A stretch of 64,000 bases of DNA from Catajapyx aquilonaris (Eukaryota): the NCBI GenBank assembly GCA_000934665.2, contig KZ538409.1, positions 1 through 64,000 on the forward strand, written 5' to 3'. Numbering within the stretch: position 1 is the stretch's first letter; every line of letters starts with the position of its first letter. This document shows, in pieces, positions 34,875 to 48,300 of this stretch. The translations under genes were made by a program, and so were the position numbers. The notes below the pieces were generated by a model. The model was not told the DNA's origin. It saw only the letters and a program-made list of their open reading frames with translations, and searched no databases.

Positions 34875-37800
34875 GGCGCTTCTGAAATCCCTCTATGTCG
34901 GTGAAGTATATACTCGACCAGCTCCACGTCAATTTTTGGCCCCAGAAGGTCCGTCTGCATAGGGAGAATTGGAATAGCAAAGACTGATCAATGTCGCGCA
35001 GTTCTCCCATACCAGTTTAATAGGTTCCGCTGCACTGCCTTGGCACTTCGAGGCTTCCTGGGCGATGGAAATCCCACAAATCTGTAAGCATTTCTGAATA
35101 ACAACATTACATGCAGGATGAAGTATGCTATTCTGTTTTATGAAGGGGACATTCATTGACTACAGAAAAATGGAATCTGGTGGTCATCTCATAAAGCCGG
35201 TTCAGTGAACCTGCCTTCTTTCAGGGATTGATCACTCATTAAATTGAATGTGAATTTTGACATCTAGTTACGTAGCCTACATAGAATCACGATTGCGTTC
35301 TACTTTGTGGGCAATGATTACGCGAATTATCATGAGTAATTAAATCAGCTGTAACCTACAGTCAAAGCTGACATGACGTGGTCAGACCGTTTTGTCAGGG
35401 ACATCAACCCTGCCAGCCAATCCCACTTCCTCGCTCAAAAGTTTTTTAAAACAAAGGCTGTCATAAAATGAACAAATGTGCATAGACACTGCTGGTCTTC
35501 ATATAGGATATTACATCACTACCACTAAAAGGAGAGCGGAAAAGACTGACCTATTAATAATTTGACAGCCATCTTCCGTTTAATGTGGTTTTGTTTTTAT
35601 GCTTACTCGCATTGCACAGATCTGTTGTCGTGCAATGTGTGTTCAGTATTGCCATAAGTAATGTTTCCTGTGTTAGAAAATAATGTAGGCCTAATTTGCG
35701 CCTTTTTGAAGAGAGTGCCGTGAAACTGCATATTGCAAAAGTGCAAAACCACCAATCCTACACTTGCTTTTGAATCACCCACACATTGATCGACAGTCAT
35801 TTGGACTATCAATCACTGGTGACCATGAACCCTGATCATCGATGTAAAACACACAGCTATAAGTATAAAGCTACAAAAAGAGTATATACGGTACACTTTA
35901 TTGCCTCAATCTGCATTGTTGTTTAATAAGCAGTCCTATTCATTGCCCGTCAGGCTTCGATCAGTTCGATCACATTAATACTTGGAACTGGCTATATGTG
36001 CAATCGATATGAGTCGCGTAAGTGTGGCGTGCGTGAGCTAGTTCTTTGGCAAGACTGTTGCTTTGTTTCAAAGTGTACCTGTAGCTATATCATTGTAGTC
36101 TACTCTCCTGGAGAACCCTCACTGTATTTTGGGGGCGATATGTGGTTCTCGGAAGAGATATAGTGCAAACTAATAGTTAGAAATTCGCGAAACACGTAAC
36201 GGATTCGAGTCTGTAAGTATGACGTCAGTTTGCACGCGTGTCCTTGTTACTGTATTGCATCCATTGGATATAAGTTTATAATGTCGAGGTCACTGATTAT
36301 TATTCGCTATTATGAGTTATTCCTAGCCACACTTGGCTGGTACGGTACAGCACCTGAAAATAACCTCGACAGATGTGTATAGATACTGGGGTAATTAATT
36401 AGCAGGATATCTGTATGAATTCCACCTCCAATTCTGCACACATAAAGTAAAGATCCAGTGTAGAATCGACCATAGGGGCATGTAATCTGATAGTAGCCTA
36501 TGTGTGTAAGGGCTACGAGTACGAAAAATAATAATATGGATAGACTTTATATTATAGAGCCCTCCCCATTGCTATTAGATGTTTCGGTATTCGTCTCTTG
36601 ACGATATGGTTTATATGAGCAGGATGCTATAAAGCTAAGGTTACTTTACAACTTCCTGATAATTGCATAAGCAGCAAGAAATGTGCTGTTCTCCACGGTT
36701 CTAAATTCACGCTCTTTCCGTCCTTTATTGGCCAAAGTTAGAGAAATCGTGACCCCAACAATACACTCCTACCACTTATGTATTAAAACCACGACATCGC
36801 TATCTCCTTGCCACATATTCCCGGCTTCAAGCTAGACCACAACGAAACATATAATCCGGGTTTCCGTTGGCACCCTTGCCATTCCCCCCCGGATCAGCTG
36901 ACATTCGTTCGTAAATTTTCCCCATGACGTCATGCACCTTTTTTTATATATTATTTCCCGTTCAGTTTGAGGGAGTTACTGAGTTAGCAAAGCTTGTGGT
37001 GTAGAGTCACATATTTGCACGTCCATCGGGTCCATGCAGTACACAGATCGCCGTGGGCTACTTGGCTGCGTTGGCTGATTATTTGGCGGGGGCGTCCGGC
37101 TTGGAGTCCGTTCCTCCGATCCCGCCAACCTTGTGTAGCGGACCGTGTAATTGTCCTTAGTGTGTGTTGAGTGGGCGGCGTGATGGTTGTGCTTCACCGC
37201 GGATCCATTCCCCCAATTGGGACCCGGCTCGTCGCTGCTTCATGTGGATGCTGGTGCCCACTCATGGGTATATTTATGGATGTGTGTATATGGGGATCAT
37301 TGTCTTGGGGGACTGGCAAATGACCAGTACATGTGAATATGAGGCTGGTGGTATAATATGACCATTTAATCTTTTAAAAAGATATGTGGATTGACATGTG
37401 TTGGTCACCATCTGATGAGCATTCGCTGTTGCGTGTATGTGTTTTCATGCTTATTCCATGCAGCATAATTATGTGTCCATTGAGGCATGTGCTCGTTTTC
37501 TGTACTCCTATTGTTAGGAACAATAGATGGTCATTGTGCTTCTGAAAGCGAATATTGAGGTGCTGGTGGTGAAATAATTTCATTAGGGTGCTTTTAAAAT
37601 TGCGTAGAATATGACACTTGTAGGGAATGATAGGTGGATAATTTCTTCAGGAGTTAGAATAAATTTTAGCTGTAGAAAATATTGGAATATTGGTGTTATA
37701 AATAATTTTAAGGAAATGAGTGAGAACGAGAAATATTATTATTATTATTGTTATGATTCCTGGCATGATTTCTGGGAACTGCAGTGACATAGGCTTAGAT

Positions 37801-39969
37801 TAATTTAGTTTTTAAAATACTCGGCAGTAATCCTAGTTGTAGTGTTTGAGAACCAAATAAGAGTCATATCATGATTTGGGTTATGCCTAGTTCTTGGAAA
37901 TGAAGTAATTAAGCCTAGCTGTCCTGGTGACTAATCAAATGGACAAATAGAATAAGGGCCAAAGTCCAAGAGAGCAGAAAAATGGCTGGGTGTGGAATAC
38001 ATTTTCGCATTGAAACTAAATAGTTTCTGAAATCAGACTCGACCTGTAAGCCTGAAATGGTAACTATAAAATTTTAAATACCGGTAGTCAATTTGGGATG
38101 CCAAATTCATGAATAGGTGTACTTCATTTCAGATTTATGATTGGAACTATGATCCTAGTTCTAAAGGACCATGCAATTTTTTAAACTAGTGCTATTACTG
38201 CCAGTTGCACAATATTGTAATCAACACTGACTTTTCATTTCTAGGCATCAGTGCATTGTAAGAAGCTGAAAATGACAAAAAAAAATGTGGCATTGAATGC
38301 TTAGATGGCAATTAAGATTTGTTCATATGTCTGTCTGCTTCTTGCTGATTTCCCATTGGCTTTTGATGTAGTGCGTGCTCCCTGAAGCTCAAACCAATGT
38401 TCCAATTGCACCTTCATGCCCTGTAGCCAAATACTGTAAGCCTAATGGAAATACCGTCAAACACCATTGGAATGGTAGTGTAAAATTGTTTCATGCACTA
38501 CTTATTGTTGATTTGTACAGGGCATGACAAATTAAGTTTTTTTTTGACATGATTTTTCAAAGTAAGTGCAGCCAGGGTGCAGCGCAATCTTGAAACTGGT
38601 CGCGTAAAATTCTTGATAAGCTGGTGATGTTTATTTCTATCTCAGTTGCCAGACTCTGAACATGATGAAGCACATTCATTTTTTTTAAAAACCCGGATGC
38701 TTGAAAGCGGATGACAGGACATTGGGTTACATGGAACTGTAGCAAGCCAAAAAAAAAAATATGGATTTTCTGGTGCAGCACTAAAATACTGGAGCTTAAG
38801 TGGTTTACATGTGAGAATTGCAATTTTTTACACCAGTCATTTGGCCATGGATCCTTGACCTCAAAACAATTGAACCAATGTGGTATTTAATAAGGAGCCC
38901 TTGTTATAACCTTATTATGACCTTGAGCTCAATGAGAAATAAAAGTTTAAAGAATAGAAGTTATCCTTTGGGCTCTGATAGGGAAAGATTGGTTTACCAA
39001 GATTGACTTGGTCAACCCAAGTGTTTTTTCAATAATTACCAAAATGAAAATGAAATGAACTTTTATTTTTTCTGCATGCGTTTAGAGAAGTAATGAATTG
39101 TACCCCTCCACTCTAACACCACGAATACAGAAATGTTACCCCAAAGTCATGGCGATAATAAGATGTCTTTATTGCCAGTTTTTAAAACTGTCATCGCCTC
39201 TATTTCCAACCTACTGGAAATAGTTTGAACAAGGTGGCTAGTAAGTTGATTACATGTCTATCCTTGGTCTTGAACTTCCTTATTAAAATCAATTAAAGCC
39301 ATGCTTCATGCTTATTGGCAAAAAAAGAGTGTGGTTGGCACTCATTGAAAATTGGAGAGAAAATCCATATGGTGTTATAACTGTATCGAGAGGTCTTGTA
39401 TGCATAATACTCTTAGATGGCAGGCAAATGTGAGAATGAAACTAGTTTGTGTTATGCTACAATGTATTGCTTGTGGCTGTGAATTTTTATGGCATGAACT
39501 TTGCTACCATTTATATAAGTCATATGGATTGGCAAATGCCTATTCAGGGAACAATAGTCAGGGAACAATGGTGTATTTTTGAATTATGGTGACATTAGAA
39601 GTAAGCATGGAAAGATTTTTTACATTATGAATGTAATAAAATTGAAATTAAAAATAGTATAACACATTTCAATCCAGTATCTATATATAAAGTGGAATGT
39701 CCCTCCAGATGTCCAACAGTTGAGGGGGAAAGGGGTGGTGGGAGGAGTTTGAATGAGCGACAGGCCAATCACATCCTGAGGGGGAGAGGTGCAGGGGGCC
39801 CACTGCAGGTTTGGAAGTAACTTTTTGCTGGCCCTGTACATATCATTACATATCAAGGAGCCGTATTGATACATGAGACTCATGCGTGATAGTTCTATGT
39901 GACAGTATGGTTATGGAAAACTGCCCAACATAGGGCATGACCACGGCCAACAACTTGCTTCAGTTTTAA

Positions 39970-40227
39970 CCCTGGAACCGTGCCGTGAGATCTTTTAGGA
40001 CCCCACACCAGATATTAATTTTTATTAATTTTTATATAATACCTTTCAATGTATTGACTATATACAATCATTCTTTGAACAATGCCTAAAAAGATCACTA
40101 ATTCAAAATAAACATGCACTTCCTGTTATATACTTTTTTTAAATGGCAAACAGTTTATTGTGATTTTAATTTTAATGCATTTTAATTCCTTTGGGGTCCG
40201 AAAAGACCCCACGGCACGGTTCCAGGG
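39970..40227. mobile_element. piggyBac-type MITE
   Basis: TTAA|ccctggaaccgtgccgtg ... cacggcacggttccaggg|TTAA. Confidence 0.8.
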
Positions 40228-40508
40228 TTAAAAACCTGTGAAGATTGTTGTGGGTGAAGTGGACCAGCACGAAGGATGGTGTTACTGCTAGTACTGTATA
40301 TTTTTAAAATATGGCTGTGGCATGAAAGTATGTTACATCGTAAAACAGGGTGAATAGGGGCAAAAAGTTACAAAAATGTGTATATTATTGGCATTTAAAA
40401 AAATGTGTGGAACTTAGATATCAAGATAGGGATTTTGCAGGAGTGAAGGGAAGTCCTTTCTCTATGACCCGCCACAGACATAGGCTGATTGTTTAAAAAA
40501 ATTATATA

Positions 40509-41114
40509 CAGGGTGTTCCAAGTTTATGGGAACTTTTAGTTATAGGAAATTTCCCTCAAGGCCATGATCTTAGAATACTCAGGTCTGGTCACTCCCACTT
40601 ATCGCATGCCGGGGTGTTTTGCATGAGGTGCTCACTTGAGAGCTCCTTGAGACAGCTTTTCACTGCTGGATTATGTGGCGACCCTACCGGACTACGCTGA
40701 ACTTAGGTAGAAGAGAAGCCGCTACATCCAAGCCCAACATGGCCGCCGGGGCGGCCATGTTGGGTCCCCCAATGTAGCGCTTCCCTTTTGTACCTATAAA
40801 GTTCAGAGTAGTCCGGTAGGGTCGCCACATAATCCAACAGTGAAAGGTCTCATGGCGCTCTCAAGCCCATGCAAAACGCCCCAGCAGGCGATAAGATAAG
40901 ACTGTAGGGGTAGTGTCGTGGGCTGCTCAAGGCTGTTATTTTTTTGTATCTTGTTGCACCCCTAACCAGGTGCCCTATTCTATAGCCACTGCTACATTTG
41001 ACCACCGGATAGTACAGCATGTGGATTGGGGCACAACAAGCTACACAAAAATTTTAACTACTTCGGGCGATATTAGTGACAAATAAAACGACACACGAAT
41101 TTGGAACACACTGT
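40509..41114. mobile_element. Tc1/mariner-type MITE with an internal palindrome
   Basis: TA|cagggtgttccaa ... ttggaacacactg|TA; core at 40670-40835 homologous to 59410-59621. Confidence 0.65.
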
Positions 41115-43772
41115 ATATTTAGATGGCCACGCTGAGACTCAACTGTTATTTTGGCATCATTTTTTATAGCCTACAAACTGTTGACTCAATCAGATGGTTA
41201 GGCTAATCATTTTGGTGAATACACAGTGGAATGCAGTGGTGTTTGGCAATTGATTTGAGATTTTACGAATTAATATAGGTTAACTTTGAAAATTAATATA
41301 AATTATTTTGTGAAAAGAGGCGTTTTTTTTTTTGTACCTGCAGTGTCTATAACCAGGTATACCATGACCATCCCTACCAGTTTGAAATTGTTTGGTAGCC
41401 ACTTCTGCACCCTGTGGGAATTCGGTCTACTTGGGCATGCAAAAAACTGTCAGCATGCCATGTACTAGTCCAGACTTGGGCGCACCAATTCAGAGACGTG
41501 ATAATCAGCCTTAAATTTGTGGAACGGAGCTATTCACCTATATACAGGTTTCACTGTTTTAGGTTGAATTAATGCATTCCTGAAAGATGACAAGTTTCCA
41601 ATCCCTGTTTGATCCACTTCACTTGAGGTCAAGCTTTGAAGCCATATTTTACTGGCATGACCTCCTGCATGACTTCAAAAGTAATTCATTTAACGTAACA
41701 TTAGCAGCTACTATTTGATAACCTCTCAAGTAGCTGCTACTGAGTAACTGCTTGAAAGAGCCATTTAGTGCAAAAATTCCTGACCACTACATGTAATTCA
41801 ATTGGAACTGCTGAATATACTGTACTTGTAGAATATGCCAATTGAAGTGTCTGTTGGGTGTTAGCAGGTGTTAGCAATTTTATTTGGCTCATAGTTGCTT
41901 GTTATAAGCTGTTACTTTCTAACAGTTACTTTTAGAAGCATTGAAAATATTAGCCATATTATTGCAACCTTTTAAGCCTTAAATTGCAATGAGTCTGTGT
42001 TTATGACATTGGGAATGACCAATTTTGGCCCATTTGCTTCTGAAGTCAAGGATTCAATTCCTTTTTTGCAGCATAGGCAGACCTGCATTAACTAATTAGG
42101 TAGAAAGTATGCATCCACACCTAAAATTCTTTCACACCCACTCACCGACACATATTTAATTCAATATTTGCAGATCTAAGAATTGATAACCTCAAAGTAT
42201 CTTTTCCTAAGTAGCTGCTTAAAATAAACAGCTTAGTGTTAAAAATTGTTAACCATTATGGCACTTCAATTGAAATCCACTAATTCTGAAGTGTTTAAAA
42301 TACTATGGCTTGTAGGTGAACTTTGCTGCCAGTTTTGCACAATTTATTGCAACAAATGTGTACTTCTCAAAAACCACAATTACTCATCTAATGTTTTAAT
42401 TTAGGAGAGTGACTAATTGATAACTTATACAGTAGTACCCTTGTCAGTTAATTGATGTGGCCTTCAGAAGTTGTGTATTTGTGCAAGTTAGATACTTAGA
42501 CTGTTATTTTGTATGTACTGACTTTGTGTATTTTTTACTGCCAATCAAAGTTTAAACTGCACATTCTCGCAGGAGGTCTTTTTTTGTTTCCTTAGCAAGT
42601 TGCAGCAGGTTTTATATGGGAATGTTCCTATCTTATACGAAATTTAGGAGAGGCAAAAACTTGCAAGTCTTCTGTGATGGTAAAAAATGAGGGAAAGGAA
42701 AGGAGGGAAAAAAAGATATCCAACCCTGAACGGCACAAAAATACCTCAGTAGGCCTATAGGATTGAAGCAGGATGTGTGTAGCTGGCCTAATCATCACTT
42801 CTCATTGGATAAGTGGGATAATCCTAAATGCAGTTACGGGACACCAGTTCGAGGATTTGTTCAGTATATTTTTGACTACATGACACATGAGTTGACTAGA
42901 CCTCACACTTCCACAGATAGTGCATCAGGCTGTCCTATCTTTAGCTAGTGACATTTTGAAGGGGAGTTGTTTTAGAGCATCTAAGGACACCATGACGTGA
43001 CAGTGAACCATTATAATGCATGTAAATTGTTAAGTAATTGGGTAATATAAATTAGTGTCATGGTGGCCTTTCATAATGACACAGTGTAATCATTCAAGTG
43101 AGGTAATAGGCAAGCACCAGTGCCATTCAAATCTTCCCAAAATGTAGAGCATATTGACTGACACTTCAAACAAAATTTGGTGGTAGGACGGGTCATGGTT
43201 GGCCCTTAGGAAGTAGTAAAATATAACTGAGTTTATGAAACATGGTCACTTTAAATTTAAAATTGCTGCATTCATATTGCAGTGATGTCCAGTGAAAGGT
43301 AGTAACATTGTAGTAACATGCAAATGAATGATCGACTGATTGGCTTCAAATGTTGTAGCAAATACATATTTTTTTGACTTAAGGCCATTTCACATTTTAA
43401 AGCACAATGGCCATGGTAGTTAGGAGATAGGTAACTAAGTGTTTGCATTATAAAATGTATTATTGAATGAGGTGTGTGTGTCTTGAATAGGATTTTTGGC
43501 ATGCCCAGTGCTTGCCATGACAATCCTCCTTTGTTTTAATATTCCCAATGATGATGCATTTTCCCATCATCATACCTTGTGGGGCAACTGAGCACTACTG
43601 TTATTCTCCTATTAAGAAATTAAAGCATAAATGAGATGACTAATAGTTATTTGATTGTATTTATTGCATGTTGTATAAATCGCTAAAAAGTAATTTCTTC
43701 TCTTGTCAGTACCAATACTGTGTGCGTAACAATGGCCCCTGAGGTTGCCCTGCCTGCCTTTTCACTGGAACG

Positions 43773-45343
43773 ATGGACGGTAGCGACAAATACAGCTTAT
43801 ATGAGTCATGTCGGCAGGACTCCCTGCTAACCCAGAAGGACGGGGACGACGACGACGATCCCACTCTGCTCTCGCAGACCACCCTTTCTCAGCAGTCCCT
43901 CTATCAGAGTGCTGCTGATTTGTGTGAATTGCAACTCAAGCCAATGGTCACCAGCCCCAATGCAAGTGAAGAGAAGAAGATCAAAGGGGTGCCAAATGCA
44001 GGGATGGACATCGACCCAGAAAAGCTTCAAGAGGTTCTCTCACAGATCATACCCAACAAGGTCAGGAGCTGCTGCTAGTTTTGTCCACAGATTTTTGGTA
44101 CGTGTAGGCATTTCAGTAGGTACTGTGTGATTTGCTGCACGTGTGGGATTTAATCTCGTATATTATCTTTTTCCACCAATTGTGGTTTGCAGTGTGACTT
44201 TTAGTGCTGTGAAAACTGCGTTGCTGCTTTGTATTAAAAAGTATGTTGACAATTTTATGCCATTGTAAATAAGATTTGCAGGGGTTTATCAGGTTGCTTT
44301 TTATTGCTGATGCGATAGATGTAGTTTCGTAATTTTTACTATTTTAAATCAAGATATTGCTGATATATTTTTACGATTGCGTACATTAGAATTTACCAAA
44401 TATGCTAATATCTGCCAATGTTTCAGAACCCCAGCCTGTACTTTGCAGATGGTAGACGCAAGATAGACTTTGTTCTAGTATGGGACTCAACAAATCCAGC
44501 CTGTGTGCAGTCGTGTGAAAAGAGACGCAACTTTGAGAAGAACCTGGAGAGAGAGGGACTTGCGCTAGAGCATGACCAAGTGGAGAGGATTGGACTCAAC
44601 TTTGTCAAAGTGTATGCGCCACTTGAAATCATGCAGAGATATGCAGAAATTCTGAAACTTAGGCTTCCCATGAAAGAGGTTAGTGTAAATGCTAATTTAT
44701 TTGGGCACATGTTATGAATATGGGGTGTTCAGAAGGAAAGACAGCAAGGTTTGCATTGCTGGATGGTGTCACAGTTATCTTGCTAGAGCTTGATAGGTCA
44801 ACTGGATTTTATCTCATGTACTTTAGAATATACCTTAGTAGTAGGTCCTACATCCTGAATTCTAGGAAAATAAAGGGTGATCAGATTTTTAAAAATGCAC
44901 TTCTCTGGTTTTCATGTAAATTAACAGAGAGGACACAGAGAATGAAAATATTTTTTCTGTGTCCTATGTGCTGCGTGTTGCATCCTGAATGCTGCACATG
45001 GCTGATCTTAATGCTGATTGGTAATCTGCTCTATATTGTTACTATACCCTTTTGTAAATGGGCCCTGTAGGCTGAATACTCAAGGTGGAATCTTCTTGTT
45101 GGGAGGGGGGGATATCGAACCCAGGACCTTTCACTCAGCAAGCTGAGTCGTTACCGACTTGGCCACCACGCCTCCCCAATCTTCCTGTAGTATACTTTAG
45201 TGGATAGTTAAGCTGTACCATGCCATATTTTTGGCATGCTTATTGATTTTCAGTTAGGTGTATGAAATATCACAATTTGGGGTGAAAACATGGTGGTTTA
45301 TGGTTACAAACTTGGTCATTAATATTTATTATTATTATTATTA

Positions 45344-45382
<39 letters not shown>

Positions 45383-48300
45383 TGATATTTAATGTGGAAA
45401 CTTTTTTCGGTTGTTGTAGAGCATTTGTTCTCAATTGATCTTAGTTTCTTTCCTGTCTGGCTTATTCTCAACACTCTATATTTTATAAAGGTGGCTGAAG
45501 TTGAGCTTTTGTACAGATTTAATGCTTAATATATTCAGTTCCAGTTAAGGTAGATGCTGTGATAAGCCTAATTTCTTGAGTTGCCAGTTCAAACTTGTTC
45601 AAGTTAAACATCCATTTCCATTTAATTTCCATTCACACGTACACAACAACAAAATTGAAGACGTCACTTGCCAAAGGCCCAACTCCAAAATGTCGAAAAA
45701 ACGGTTTATTGCGAATTCCTACTCTTGGAGTCTGGCCTCACACCCCTGGTGAAGATGAAGGGCCCAAGTCAACCAGAACTGCCTTAAAATTGAATCATAA
45801 ACTGCAAAACTCCATATGGAGCAATGAAGCATACATGCAGTTTTTTCTCTCTCTTGAAAACTTTCCCCTCGTGGAGTTGGGCGAAGGCAAGTGACGTCTT
45901 CAATCATTGAATTATTTTCAATCACAAATAAGAGTCCAAACCTGAAGTGGACTGTAGGAATACTACAAAGTTCATTCAAATGAAAGAGAGCCAATCAACT
46001 TTATGCACACATACATGCTTACTAAGAAGTACAGGAATAAATATGCCCTACAAATTCTGACAAATTTTCACTAGCAGTGGACCAAATTTGGTTGACATCC
46101 TAGTGTCAGGAGAGCCATATGTTCCAAAAATGACCTCCTTAAAGGCTTGATCAGATCCAACTGCCATTAGTGAGGATAACACACAAGGATATGGGATAGA
46201 AGAGGGAAGCAAAATAAAATGAGACACAAGAATGACTTGGACTTGGAGTGAATGGTTTATTTTAGTGTACTGTCCTAGACAATTGAGACACCTGCCCCAC
46301 TACTGGCCCAAACTTATAATACATGTGCCATAATTCCACTGGTATCTGATGAAAAATTCCTGTGGCTGCATGTCTGAGGCATGATGTATCAGATGTTTGA
46401 ACCAACCGTGGGGCAGGTTTCTAAATGTTCAAATAAACCATGCACTCCAGGTCATTAGAGTGTTGCATTTAATTTCCTTTCAACTCCCTCCTCTATCCCC
46501 CTATCCCTGTGCTATCTGCCACTAGTTCCCGATTGCACCAACCGAAATTACCGATCCGATAGTTCCTAATGGATCGTTAGGAGCTCCTTTAACATGTCCT
46601 AACAATCTGTTAGGAGCTATCGAATCGGTAATTTCATCGGTGCAATCAGGCATAGGTCTACTAGTAGATGAGACTTAACAATTTTTTAAGGGTGGGATAA
46701 ATGTCCCTGCGCTTATGGAGGTTGACATGTTAAATGTTGGGCCTAATAACTCTGTAATTACTGAACAGAATGACATGAAATTTTTGACACAACATGACAC
46801 AACAACCCTTGTCACGGTTATGTTGAGCGATTTTGCTCATTTGGTCCTTATTCTTCACAGGCCTCATTATTCTCACATGCCTTCAAATTCCTCTCAGTTT
46901 CGTGGTTTTCATAATTAACTGAATCCCTAAAACAGGTTTCGCTCAACATAGCCGTGACAAGGGTTGTTGTGTCGTGTTGTGTCAAAAATTTCATGTCATT
47001 CTGTTCAGTAATTACGGAGTTATTAGGCCCGACATTTAACATGTCAACCTCCATAAGCGCCGCGACCTTCATCCCACCCTTAACATATTTGTTCCTGGAC
47101 CTACTGTATCATCATTCTCCACACTGTTGACTATCACTTTTCTGCAATACATTGCACTTATTGTACTACAATTCAGTTACTGTTCAGCTATGATTTAGTG
47201 ACTGGTTGACAATTCAAAATTAGCATATTTTTCTTCAAATGACCTTTGAACAATTTTTAATACTATTGCCCGCTCTCAGCAGTGGTTTAAAACACCATCA
47301 TTTCACCATCACCATTTTGATATTGAGAAATGAACCTCTCACTAAATGGAGATTATAACGTTTGAACAGGGTTTAAGTTAAATGGCCATTTGAGAAATAT
47401 ATTATACATTAATCTTTCAGTTATTGTTTAATGCACTTGGTGTAATTTTGTTCTTGGCCAATTTCACAGCTTCAAACTGAATTGCTGGAGGCTCTTGACT
47501 CGCCTATTCTTCACTTCCTTCAAAAGGTGCACAGCTTGCATGCTTTTTTTTCCTTGGTTTTGATATTTTTCTTTTTTTGTGTAATACACCTATCCCCCAA
47601 TTGAATAACACATTGCATTCTGTGAAAGCCACCTGTAATTAATGTGAAAGTACATACTGTAATGTGAAAAACCCCCATTTTTATTAAGTTCAATAGGAGA
47701 AGAGAAATGCTAGTGTTTCTAGAGCCCCAAAATATCTCATTTTTCATCCAAAAATGCTCACAAAAATATCAGAGTTGCCATCCTAAGAAGTATGAGATAC
47801 ACAGCAGATACCATTAGAAGAAAAAAGAGAGATTTGTCTGGGTGCAGGATTGGTTTGTTTTATAGGAGTAGCACATGCAATTAAGCCCATAAGGCAGTGG
47901 TTGGGGCTACACAGCTCTGGGATCCGACACTATCGATATATGGAAGTGGCGATATATATATATCGATATGCCACCTCAGACCATATTATATATGGTATAT
48001 ATGGTCTAAGTATGCCACAAGTAAACCATCGATATATCGATATCGATACATTGATAGTCCCATCTCTAGGAGCAGCCCTCCAGCTTCTAGCGCACAATTT
48101 GAATTTCCCCACTTTGCCCCCCTCGCCCTGGGATTACTGTTCCACGTAGCGAAAAACGGATTGTACCTTCGGATTCAGGATTTTTTGCCCGATTTTTAGA
48201 GCCGAACTTGTTTTTTGAGTGGAGTGTCCCTTTAAAGCAGTGTGAATGACTGAACAATTTGTATTATAATATTCACAAAGTGAAAATGTTGATTGTGGAA

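Noticed and set aside
35950..37260. Promoter or non-coding first exon(s) of the anoctamin gene
   Set aside because: CpG-richer with a donor-like gtaagt near 36212, plausible but not supportable without transcript data.
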